Below, in pieces: positions 1 to 11,065 of a stretch of 64,000 nucleotides of DNA. The translations under genes and the position numbers were made by a program. Each line of letters starts with the position of its first letter. Positions within the stretch are counted from its first letter, which is position 1. The notes beneath the pieces were generated by a model. The model made no database searches. It saw only the letters and a list, made by a program, of their open reading frames with translations, and was not told the DNA's origin. Source of the DNA: Anaeramoeba ignava BMAN (lineage: Eukaryota > Protista > Anaeramoebae); NCBI GenBank assembly GCA_028826165.1, contig JAPDFW010000127.1:62001-126000 (forward strand). The letters run 5' to 3'.

Positions 1-2496
1 CAAATAAATTATTTAATAATAACAAAAATATCTAAATTTAAAAATATAAATTAATTTATAATTTGATTTTAAAAAATTTTTTTAGATTTCAAAACTATCT
101 CAAAATGAAAACCCAGAAATTTGTCCAATTTGTTTTAAAAATTATTCAAATGAAAGAAAACCAATGATAATTTGTCAAGAAAGTCATAATATTTGTGTTC
201 ATTGTGTTAAAAAATTTAACAGTTGTCCTTTTTGTAAAAGTTCATTTAATCATTTCAAACCAATTCCAAATTTAATTTTATTGAAATTTATTGGATCAAT
301 TCCAAAAAATACAAATGAACCAATTATTCCATTTATTCCAATTTCAGAATTAGAAGTTGAATCAAAACCTTTTTTTATTGGTGGATTTGCTCAAATTTTC
401 AAAGCAAAATGGAAAGGAAAAGATGTTGTTATCAAAAGAATGATGTTTTTGTATGATCCAAAAAATAATCAACAATTCGAAAATGAAATTAAATTAGGAA
501 TGAAATTATTACATCCTCATATTATCAAAATGTATGGAAAAACTGAAATGGATAATATGATTGGAATTGTAATGGAATATGCAGAACAAGGAGAATTAAA
601 ACAAAAAATTCCAAATTTAAAATATGAAGAACAAATTGAATATTCTTTACAAATTATCAAAGGAATTGATTATTTACATTCAAATTTAATTATTCATCAT
701 GATTTGAAACCTCAAAATATCTTATTATCAAATAATCAAACAAAAATTGCAGGTTTTGGAATTTCAAAAGTAAGAGATCACAGTTTACAAGTTTCTTCAG
801 TTATAGTTTCACTTGGTTATTCTGCTCCAGAACTTTTTGAAAAAGGAAAAAAATATGATAATTCTTGTGATATTTTCAGTTTATCAATGATTTTATATGA
901 AATTTTCTCAAAGAAAAAAACTTTTGAAAATGAAAATGCAATGGAGATTACATTCAAATTAATGAAAGGAGAAAGACCTGAATTTCCCAATAATTTTCCA
1001 AAAGAATTAAGTGAATTAATCAAAAAAGGATGGAGTTCAAATCCAAAAGAAAGATGTTCATTAAATGAATTTACTAAATGTTTAAATATGATGAAAAATA
1101 AAAGTAATTTTTAATTTTTAAATCAAAATAATTTCTTTCCAAATCTTATCATTTTTTTTTTCAATTTAATTCATTCAAAATCAAAAACCAAAAACGAATC
1201 AAACACAAATATTTCATCAAATAGACAATTCTAATAAGATTTCTAATAATAATTTTGGGAATCAATTTCAAGAAAATCAAAATGTATTTATAATTTTATT
1301 TCCAAAAATAAATAATCAAATAAATTATTTAATAATAACAAAAATATCTAAATTTAAAAATATAAATTAATTTATAATTTGATTTTAAAAAATTTTTTTA
1401 GATTTCAAAACTATCTCAAAATGAAAACCCAGAAATTTGTCCAATTTGTTTTAAAAATTATTCAAATGAAAGAAAACCAATGATAATTTGTCAAGAAAGT
1501 CATAATATTTGTGTTCATTGTGTTAAAAAATTTAACAGTTGTCCTTTTTGTAAAAGTTCATTTAATCATTTCAAACCATTTGTGAATCATCCCTTCTTGA
1601 AATTTATTGGATCAATTCCAAAAAATACAAATGAACCAATTATTCCATTTATTCCAATTTCAGAATTAGAAGTTGAATCAAAACCTTTTTTTATTGGTGG
1701 ATTTGCTCAAATTTTCAAAGCAAAATGGAAAGGAAAAGATGTTGTTATCAAAAGAATGATGTTTATGGATAATCCAAAAAATAATCAACAATTCGAAAAT
1801 GAAATTAAATTAGGAATGAAATTATCACATCCTCATATTATCAAAATGTATGGAAAAACTGAAAAAGATAATATGATTGGAATTGTAATGGAATATGCAG
1901 AACAAGGAGATTTATCTCAAAAAATTCCAAATTTAAAATATGAAGAACAAATTGAATATTCTTTACAAATTATCAAAGGAATTGATTATTTACATTCAAA
2001 TTTAATTATTCATCGTGATTTACAACCTGAAAATATCTTATTAACAAATAATCAAACAAAAATCACTGATTTTAGAATTTCAAAAATAAGAGATCACAGT
2101 TTACAAGTTACTTCAGCTATAGTTTCACTTGGTTATTCTGCTCCAGAACTTTTTGAAAAAGGAAAAAAATATGATAATTCTTGTGATATTTTCAGTTTAT
2201 CAATGATTTTATATGAAATTTTCTCAAAGAAAAAAGCTTTTGAAAATGAAAATAATCTGCAATTGTTTGGAGCATTAATGAAAGGAGAAAGACCTAAATT
2301 TCCAAATAATTTTCCAAAAGAATTAAGTGAATTAATCAAAAAAGGATGGAGTTCAAATCCAAAAGAAAGATGTTCATTAAATGAATTTACTGAATGTTTA
2401 AATATGATGAAAGATAGAAGTAATTTTTAATTTTTAAATCAAAACAATTTCTTTCCAAATCTCATCATTTTTTTTTTCAATTTAATTCATTCAAAA
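1..2496. repeat. Tandem duplication, period 1316 bp (RING-kinase exon plus flanking introns)
   Basis: 1-~1180 matches 1317-~2496; the intronic parts are near-identical. Confidence 0.95.
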
Positions 2497-3414
2497 AAAA
2501 ATGAAAATTAATTAGATCAAAGCAAAACAAGACAAACAAACCAATCAAATCAATCAAATCAGATTAACCAAAAAAAAGGAAGATCACCTATTTTTTCCAG
2601 ACCCAGGAATAATACGATTCACGTATCCAATCAAGCAACAACACCAAGAAATCAAAATAATTGGAATCAACAGAATCGTTCACCCAGACAAACAACATTT
2701 CAATCAATACAAACAAACGAAAGAAATCCATCACCAAAAGCATTTTCAATTCATTCACCTCAAGAAAAACAACAAAATCACAAAATTTCATCACCAACAC
2801 AAAGACAATTTCAATTCACCAATCAAAATCAAACTCTAACAAACCAAGAAAAAGATAACAAAATTTTATCAGTTAAACAACCATTTCATTCATCTTCAAA
2901 TCGAATTCCAAGAAATCTAAAAGGTCAATCTATGATGTTCAATCCTGCACTAATTTCACAACAATTTTCTAATTTGGAAAAGAGAGAACCAAATTTCACA
3001 GAAGAATTTCAAATTTCAGAGAATGTAAATTATCAAATTACCAAAAAACCACAAAAAAAATTGTTTGAGGAATTATTCAATGAAAATCATTGATCAAATT
3101 ATTCCTAAAACAGTTTTTAATTCAAACAAACATTTATTATTTACTTCTTTTTTTCTCTAAATAAAATCTAAATTTAGAAAACACAAGAAATTCCTAAATC
3201 AAAAAAAAATGGAAATTTCAAATATCAAGCACAGATTGATGATGATCAGGAAAAAGAAATTGATTTTGAAAACATTCCTCAAGAATGGAAACAATTATTT
3301 CGAATATCAGGAGTTAAGAAAAGTGATCTAAAAGATAAAAAAACAATGAAATCTTTGTTAGATATCGCTGCTCAAGAAATCAAACAGATCCAAAATAGTG
3401 GAAAGAAAAAATAA
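86..3414 (+). CDS. Multi-exon tandem RING/(pseudo)kinase protein with C-terminal WASP GBD-like domain; 5' part lies upstream of window
   Basis: Predicted exons 86-1103, 1225-1283, 1402-2419, 2516-3024, 3178-3414, joined in frame by GT-AG introns (phases 1,0,1,0). Each large exon has CPIC..CQESH.IC.HC..CPFC (RING-like) plus a TKL-type kinase. The last exon reads DFENIPQEWKQLFRISGVKKSDLKDKKTMKSLLD, resembling the WASP GBD C-terminal part. Confidence 0.7.
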
Positions 3415-3715
3415 TTGATTAAATCAACTTGAAATTCAACTAATTTTCATTTATCATAATTTTCTTTTCTTCAAATTCAAAGAAGAATAAAAAAATTTCA
3501 AAATTCAAAAACACAAAATTATTTTCTAAATTTTTGGATTAAATTATTTTTGAATTTTAAAAAAGAATTTATTATTAATATTAAATTAAAATTATTAAAA
3601 ATAATTTGAAGAAAAGTTCGCTTATTTTTCTCTTTATTCATTAAGTTTCAAAGAAAAATGAATAAAGAAAAATTGATGAAAAATGAACTCTTTTTTTTTT
3701 GATTTGAATTAATTT

Positions 3716-3880
3716 TTAAATGAATTTTTTCAGATCTTGACTTAGTAAACTTCTTGGTGTCATTCCTTCAAAACCTAAAACTTCTGACTTAATATCAAAA
3801 TTAGCATCCGTTTGTTTCAATAAAAGGATCATTTCCCATGTAACTGAATGATTATCGCAAAGAAAATGTAATGGAGTTGG
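3716..3880 (-). CDS. Terminal ankyrin exon 5 plus C-cap
   Basis: TAG|[54 protein letters not shown]. Confidence 0.9.
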   Translation of the reverse strand, partial: PTPLHFLCDNHSVTWEMILLLKQTDANFDIKSEVLGFEGMTPRSLLSQDLKKFI

Positions 3881-6800
3881 CTAAAATTTAAATGAAAATT
3901 AAATTTAGATTTTCTTGGAAACAAATTTTTTTTTATTAATTTATTTTTACTCCCTATTCAATAAAATATCCGTTTTTGTTTTTGTTTTGTTTTTTCAAAA
4001 ATTTTTCTTGATTACTTTCTAAAAATAATTCAGTTAAAAAACTTTTCTTTTCTTATAATTTTTTAATTAGATTATTTACTCCCTATTTAAAAATAGATTA
4101 TTCAATAAAAGATGTTTTTTTTCAAAATAAATTTCTTAATAATAATAATAATAATAACAAAAATAGATTTACTCCCTATCAATTATTTTTGATAAATTTC
4201 TTGATTTACAAACAAATTTCAATTTAAAAAACCAAATTTACATCCTAAAAAATTGATGAAAAAATAAAATTTTTATTTTTTCATTAATTTAATATTTACT
4301 GTCTGGAAAAAAATAATTTATTTTTTTGATTAGAAATTTGAAATTCTATTTGGTTTTTTATTATTTACCCACTATTCAATTAAATCCAAAATCAGATCTA
4401 TTATTTTTTCTTTCCAAAAAAGAATAAATGAGAAAAAAATCAAATTACAATCTTTTTAAAAAAATTATTTACTAAATAGTTTTTTTTTGAAAAAGATTGT
4501 ATAAACAATTTACTTTGGGAAGATTAAAATTTGCTTTTTTCTCAACCAGAATTTTAATCATTTCTTTTGTTAATGAACTGTTAGCACATAAAAAATGAAG
4601 AGGAGAAGACTAAAAAAAATATGAGAAATTTTTAATTGAAAAAAAATTTTGATCTATTTTTTAAAAATTTACTTCCTTTTTTTTTATAAATGTAAAAAGA
4701 AAATTTAATTTCAATTTTTTAATTGATGAAATTTACTCTCTATGAATTTAATTTTATAAATTTTTTATTTATTTATAAAAGAGGGATGATTGTTTTTAAA
4801 TGGAAAAAAAATTTACAAGCTATATTTTTTGGGTATTTTTGTTAAATTTCTTCCATTTGAAAAAAAAAAACAAAGAAAAAAAGGGAATTACAATCTAAAT
4901 CAATTCAAATAAATTTGATGTTTGAGAAAAGTTTTGGAGTTTTCAACTCAAATTAATTACTTCCTAAATGATTAATGATTTTAAAAGGAAATTTTTTTTA
5001 AGATCCATTTTGTATGATTTTTTTTTTACATTCTTGATTTGTTTTTCAAAAAAAAATAAAAAAACAGGTTAAATAAAATTCATTATTATTTTTATTTACC
5101 CACTTTTGAGAAATAAATTTTTCATTTTCATGTTCAATTTTATGTTTTTTTTTTCTTTTCAAAAATTAATTACAGCCTTTTTATAGAAGAAAATTTTATT
5201 ATTTAATAAAAAAGAAATGAATATATTTTGGATTTTTTTACATTCTATACAATATTTTTAAATACAATTCTTAAAATGAATTAAATCCTTTTTTTTTTTT
5301 TGAAATCATTTCGTAATTTACTTTCTATTAAAATTCAACAAAATTAGAACATTTTTGAAAATTTTTGAAAGTAAATAAAAATATTTACATATTGGAAACT
5401 AAAATCAGCTTCTGTCTGAACCAGTAATTCAATCATCTCTGTTGTGATTGATCTATTCTGACATAAATCATGCAAAGGAGTCCACTTTTTTTTTTAGAAA
5501 AAAAAATGAATTAAATTTAAAATTAAAAAGTTGCTTTTTGTCTGAAATTTACATCCTTTTATATTTAGATTGTTAAAATATTTATTAGTAAAATATCAAT
5601 GAAATTAAATGGATATTTGAAAAGAAATTTGATTTTTACATACTATTGAGAAAAAAAGAATAATTTATTATTAGATGAATTTATTTTTAAAATTTTTCCA
5701 AGAAATTTAATAAATTTACATCCTTTTGGTAAAAATTTAGTAAAATTACAAAAAATGGAAATTTAACAACATTTATTTTTATTTATTTTTTACTTGCTGT
5801 TTTATAAGAAGAAAATATTATTTTTAGAAAAGAAACAAATCTTTTTTTTTTTTTTTGAAAAATTTTACATTCTAAATTATTTTCAACAAGATCAAAAATT
5901 AAAATCTGGAATTTTAAAAATATTTTCATTTTTACCTTCTAGTAAATTTTTTTTAAGGAAATCATTTATAAAATTAATCCAAAAATAAATATATTTTTTC
6001 TTACAGACTATTTTATTTAGGTTATTTTGAAAATGATATTTTTTTTAATTTGAATTTTAAATTTAAATTAGTTTAAGGAAATGGTTCTTATAATATGTTT
6101 TACACCCTATTCCAAAAATGTATTCAATTTATTTAAATAAAAATAAAATTGAATATGAATTTTTGTTTACAGGCTATTTTTAATTTAAAAAATGAGAAAA
6201 TTATTCTTGATTTATTTTTTTCTTTTTGGAAAAATTACATACTATTTTAAATTTAATAAATTCAAATCATTTTAAAAAAAAGTTGATCATTTTCTTTTTT
6301 GAATATTTACATGCTATTTTTTTTCAAAACACAAAAAGAATAAATAGTAACAAATTAATATAAGATTAAATCAGTTTTTTTTTTTTAAAAAAAATGGAAG
6401 AAGAAAATTTATAATCAAGAAAATATACTCCATCCAAATTAAAATTTGCTTCGTGCTCAATTAATAATTTAATGATTTGAGTCGAAATTGCTCCGTTTCT
6501 GCACAAATAATGAACTGGAGACCACTATTAAAAAATAAAGATGAAAAAATCCATTTTAAAAATTCTTTGTTTTTCTTATATATGAAAAGAAAAAAACTTG
6601 ATCAATTACATCCTAAATATTTTTTTAGTAAATTTTCCTTAATCAAACTAAACTAAGAATTATTATTTTTGACAAATTTTACAAACTGTGGTTTGTTTGT
6701 TTTTTTTTATAAAATTAAGAAAGGAGAACAAATAATCTATTTTATTTTTATTATTTTTATTACAAGCTAAAAATTGTTTTATATTTTTTTTTGATTAATA

Positions 6801-8620
6801 AATTAAAATGATTTTAATAATAAAATCAATAGTTATTTAATTCATACATCTTGTTTGTTTAAATCAACTCCTAGTTGGATAAAGTGATCAAGAATATCCA
6901 TATCAAGAGATCTTTGATTTGCAAAAAAATGAAGTAAGGTTCCTTTCTATTTATGATATTTTTTTGGAACATAAAATCATTCATTTCAAATGAATAAAAT
7001 TTTGAACTTGACTAAAAATACAAGGAAAATCAAAATTTAAAGAAAATACAAACATTCTTTTTCTAAATTTTTTTTGTGAATAAAAATGAATTTTGTTTTT
7101 TTATATTAAAATAAAGGAATATTTAAAGGGATTTTTAGGATTAATTCAATTACTATGTCAGATTTATGGTATTTTTGTGATAATTTTTTTAATTTCTGTT
7201 CCAAACTATCTGGATTATCAACTACATTTGGAGATATTCTTTGATTTGTATTTGGAGATCTTCTTTGATTTGAATTAATAACTAAATCTGAAAATTGATG
7301 AATAATTTTTCTTGGAGATCTTAATTGATTTTGATTTGGAGATATTCTTTGATTTGTATTTGGAGATATTCTTTGATTTGTATTTGGAGATATTCTTTGA
7401 TTTGTATTTGGAGATATTCTTTGATTTGTATTTGGAAATCTTGGTCGATTTGGATTTGGAAATCTTGGTTGATTTTGATTTGGAGATATTCTTTGATTTT
7501 GATTTGGAGATCTTAATTGATTTTGATTTGGAGATGTTCTTTGATTTGTATTTGGAGATGTTCTTTGATTGTCACTCATGGATCTTGTTGGATTTGTACG
7601 AATGGAAAGTTTAGGTTTTATATTGGCTTTCTTCATCTTTTCTAAACATTGAGTAAAATCATTCAATGAGCATCTTTTTTTGGCATCTTGATCCCAACCT
7701 TTCTTGATCATTTCAGCAAGTTCTTGAGGGAAATCATTTGGAATTTGAGGTCTTTCACCTTTTATCATTTTCATTGTGATTATCATAGCACTTAGACCTT
7801 CATAAGGATCTGTCTTTGAAAATATGCAATATAAAATCATTGCTAAACTGAAGATATCACATGAAGTATCATAAACATTTTTTTCAGTGAAAAGTTCAGG
7901 AGCAGAAAATCCAAAAGAAATTGTAACTGAAGTAACTCTCAATGTATGTTGTCTGACTCTTGAAATACCAAAATCAGTGATTTTTGGTTTATTATTAGAA
8001 ACGAGAATATTTTCTGGTTTCAAATCACGATGAATAATTGCATTTGAATGTAAAACTTGAATTCCTTCAATGATTTGCAAAGAATAGTCAATTTGTTGAT
8101 CGAGTGATAAATCTGGGATTTTCTTCTTCAAATCACCTTGTTCGGCATATTCCATAACAATTCCAATCATTTTATCCATTTCTGTTTTACCGTACATCTT
8201 GATAATATTTGGATGATCAAGTTGCATAGCCAATTTAAGCTCATTTTCAAACTGAGCAGCTTCTTTGTCATGACGACCCATTAAAACCCTTTTGATTGCA
8301 ACATCTTTCACTCCCCATTTGGCTTTATAAACTTGAGCAGTTCCTCCACTAGCAAATGGATTGGGTTCGATTTCCATATCTGAAAAAGGAATAAATACTG
8401 CTTCTTCCTGTTTGAATTCCCTTTTGTATTTCTCAACAATTCTCAATAAAGAAACATTCACAATCGGTTGGAAATTATCAAAAGAACTTTGGCAAAAAAT
8501 ACACTCATCTACCGTTTTTAAACATGTTTCACAAATTGAATGTCCTTTTGAACAAACAATCATCGGTTTTCTTTCTTTTGAATAATTCTCAAAACACATT
8601 GGACAAACACCTGGATCCAT
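3716..8620 (-). CDS. RING-TKL kinase-linker-ankyrin repeat protein containing single-codon microexon arrays
   Basis: ATG at 8620 (MDPGVCPMC...). Intact kinase motifs [18 protein letters not shown]. Phase-0 donor after ..KYHKSDI (7154|GTAATT), optional small exon 7062-7054 (KKN), then ankyrin exons 6946-6848, 6524-6429, 5484-5389, 4609-4514, 3880-3716 (stop). All junctions are phase 0. Confidence 0.8.
3951..4451 (-). other. Microexon array D: 8 single-codon exons (I,W,T,D,G,G,K,G)
   Basis: Lowest coordinates: 4449, 4369, 4300, 4242, 4173, 4080, 4016, 3951; all AG|NNN|GTAA. Confidence 0.88.
4514..4609 (-). CDS. Ankyrin exon 4 (96 nt)
   Basis: TAG|[32 protein letters not shown]|GTAAAT. Confidence 0.92.
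4673..5324 (-). other. Microexon array C: 10 single-codon exons (K,N,A,W,N,E,I,L,R,E)
   Basis: Lowest coordinates: 5322, 5242, 5174, 5100, 5030, 4961, 4892, 4817, 4737, 4673; all AG|NNN|GTAA. Confidence 0.88.
5389..5484 (-). CDS. Ankyrin exon 3 (96 nt)
   Basis: AAG|[32 protein letters not shown]|GTAAAT. Confidence 0.92.
5553..6313 (-). other. Microexon array B: 11 single-codon exons (H,Y,P,G,S,K,N,Q,D,Y,D)
   Basis: Lowest coordinate of each 3-nt exon: 6311, 6239, 6171, 6104, 6005, 5936, 5869, 5794, 5720, 5640, 5553; all AG|NNN|GTAA. Confidence 0.88.
6429..6524 (-). CDS. Ankyrin exon 2 (96 nt)
   Basis: TAG|[32 protein letters not shown]|GTATAT. Confidence 0.92.
6610..6766 (-). other. Microexon array A: 3 single-codon exons (L,F,D)
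   Basis: CTT 6764-6766, TTT 6683-6685, GAT 6610-6612; each has a YAG acceptor and a GTAA donor. Confidence 0.85.
6848..6946 (-). CDS. Ankyrin exon 1 (99 nt)
   Basis: TAG|[33 protein letters not shown]|GTATGA. Confidence 0.9.
7225..7570 (-). repeat. 27-bp coding tandem repeat (9-aa unit ~NTNQRISP) in the kinase-ankyrin linker
   Basis: Repeated ttggagatattctttgatttgta units on +; translation [14 protein letters not shown]... Confidence 0.9.
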
Positions 8621-8744
8621 TTTAAAATTAATAAAAAAAAAAAATGAAAAAAAAGGAAAATTAAAATCAAGCAAAAATAAAAAAATGGAAAAATATTTTT
8701 TTTTTCATTTTTCTCTTTTATTTTTTATTTTAAAAAAAAAAAAA

Positions 8745-10878
8745 ATGGAACAAAAAACAAATCAAAAAGAATTTGTTCGTTGGGTAAAATTACATAATGT
8801 TACTCTTAAACTTTTAAAAAAAAATATAAAACCGTCAAAAGAAGGAATTTTAATGAAACAAGGATTTGGAATTTTAAAGCGATGGAATCCTCGTTTTTGT
8901 ATATTGCATCAGCATTTTCTTTTTTATTTCAAAAGCAAAACAACTCAAGAAAGGCCAAATGGAGTTGTTTATTTAAAAAATTGCGAAATTAAAGATTTTA
9001 TTGATCCAAAAAAAAAACCTAATTGTTTTATTATCACTTCAGTTTTTACAAGAAAACCAAGTGAGAAAGAACATAAAACTTTCATCTTTTCTGCTTCTTC
9101 GGAAGAATCTAAAAATGAATGGATGAACCAAATTCGAGTTCATTCAAAAGAATTAGAAAAAAATGTATCAAAAGTTCTTTTTTGAATTTTCAAGTTACTT
9201 TTTTTTTTCTAATTGAATTTTTCATTTCTTTTAGAAAGAAAAACAAAAGAGAATTGACCAAAAAAATTTAACTCAAGATTCTATATTTTTTGATGAAAGG
9301 ATTGATTTCCAAAAATTTCATAAAAAAGTTTATTAAAAAAATTTCGAAAAACAATTTTCCAAATTAAATTAAATTAAATTAAAATTAAAATTAAATTAAA
9401 ACAAATTATTTAAATTTAAATATAAATTTAGATTCAACTTGAATTTTCAAAACAATTTTCACTTCCAAAAGAAATGGATCGAAAATTACTTAAATTTAAT
9501 CAAGATCAACAAAATGAAAATTTATCTGAAAATGAAAATGAAAATGAAAATGATAAAAATCAGGCAGTTATTATTCAAGATTATATTGAAAAACAAAAAA
9601 CTTCTGATCAAAAAATTGAAATATTTGAAACATTTATTGATGAAAAAATTTCCAAAAAAGATGAAATTAATGAAAATATTCCCAAAATAAAAATACAACC
9701 AAATTTACAAATTGAAGAAGAAAAGCAAGAATTAAAAAAAAGCGAATTTTTAGTTTGTGATGGAGTTTTAAAAGAAATATTTCAGACAAATTTAAACGGA
9801 AAGCAAAAAAATTATGAAGAAAAAAAACAAGAAAATTGGGAAAAAATCAATTTGGAAACGCAAAAAGATCAAGTTGAGTTTTGGAAAAATTCAGTAGAAA
9901 TTTTGCAGTTGAATTATTATAGAAAACAAATTCAAAAAAAGATTTCCCACAAACCACAAAATGAAAGACAAGGAATTTATCAAGATCAATTGATTTCTTT
10001 TAAATGGAAGTTTGCAAATGAAATGGAAAATGAGGACAAAATCAATTTTCCTCATTTTGAAAAATTTGAGTCTTATTCATTGATTTTGGATTATGAAATT
10101 GGATTGAATTATTTTAATTATCAAGATGTGATGATTTTTGAAGAGGATTTCAAGAAAATTTCATCTCATATATGGTTTTTAGGATCTGAAAAAATTGATC
10201 AAAAATTAAGTTTATTGGATTCTTTAGAATTTGTTGATTTATATCTTGTTGATTCAATTTATGAAGAAGATAAAGTATAAAAGAATTCTAAAAAAAAAAA
10301 ATTGATTTTGATTTGATTTATTTTTTTTCTAGTTGCAAAAATTGGAAATTTTTCTTCAGGAAAAGAAAGTATTGCTAAAAATTCATCATGTTCTTCATTT
10401 CATTTCAATGTTTACAAGTTTATGTTATCAAATCCAATGTTTTGTGATTTGTTATCCTCATTTAGAAATTTTTTTCAAAATGGGAAATGAATTTTATTTG
10501 AAAAATGAAGGATTTTCTCATCAAGAATTTGAAGAAACAATGAAAGTAGTAAATGAAATGAAAATAAAGAATAAAAATTTAGAACATTTTTTGCCTGAAC
10601 CATTTAATTTACAAGATCTTGAAGGAAAATATAAACTTGTAAAAAAAAAATCAATCAAAAAAAAATCAATCAATTTTTAATTTAAAAATTTTTAAAAATT
10701 TTTTTTTAATTAGAATTTAAGTTCTCAAAACTCAATTTTAATTTTAAAATTTATTTTATTTGAACTTTATGGAATTTATCAAACTGAAGGTCTTTTTTTC
10801 AATAGAATTGCAATTAAACAATTACCAAAAATTCCAAAAAGAGGATTTATAGAATTTGATTTAAAGAAGATTAAATAA
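8745..10878 (+). CDS. PH-domain protein (about 5 exons)
   Basis: KEGILMKQG..KRWNPRFCIL..LFYFK..G.VYL..F.FSASSEESKNEWMNQI is a PH domain; downstream ORF pieces are bounded by GT-AG. Confidence 0.75.
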
Positions 10879-11065
10879 AAAACAAAAGAAAAGAAAAGAA
10901 AAACAAAAAGAAAAGTTTTAATTAAATTTTTTTTTTTATTTAATTTGATGAATCATTTTTATGATTTGTTGTTAATTTAATTAAAAAAATTTTTTTTGTT
11001 TATTTTTTTTAATTTATTTTTTTTTTCATTTTTTTCTTCTTTATTCCGTTAGCTTATTATTTAGA

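Noticed and set aside
4204-4216. Additional microexon in array D (TTG-TTT-GTAAAT)
   Set aside because: No AG acceptor, and the flanking introns would be only about 30 nt.
3951-6766. CRISPR-like repeat-spacer array
   Set aside because: The periodic motif is only splice signals (ttac-NNN-ct on +) with no long direct repeat and no cas genes, in a eukaryotic context.
7008-7011. 4-nt exon TCAA between the kinase and ankyrin exon 1
   Set aside because: Frame-breaking with a weak GTTCAA donor; probably chance.
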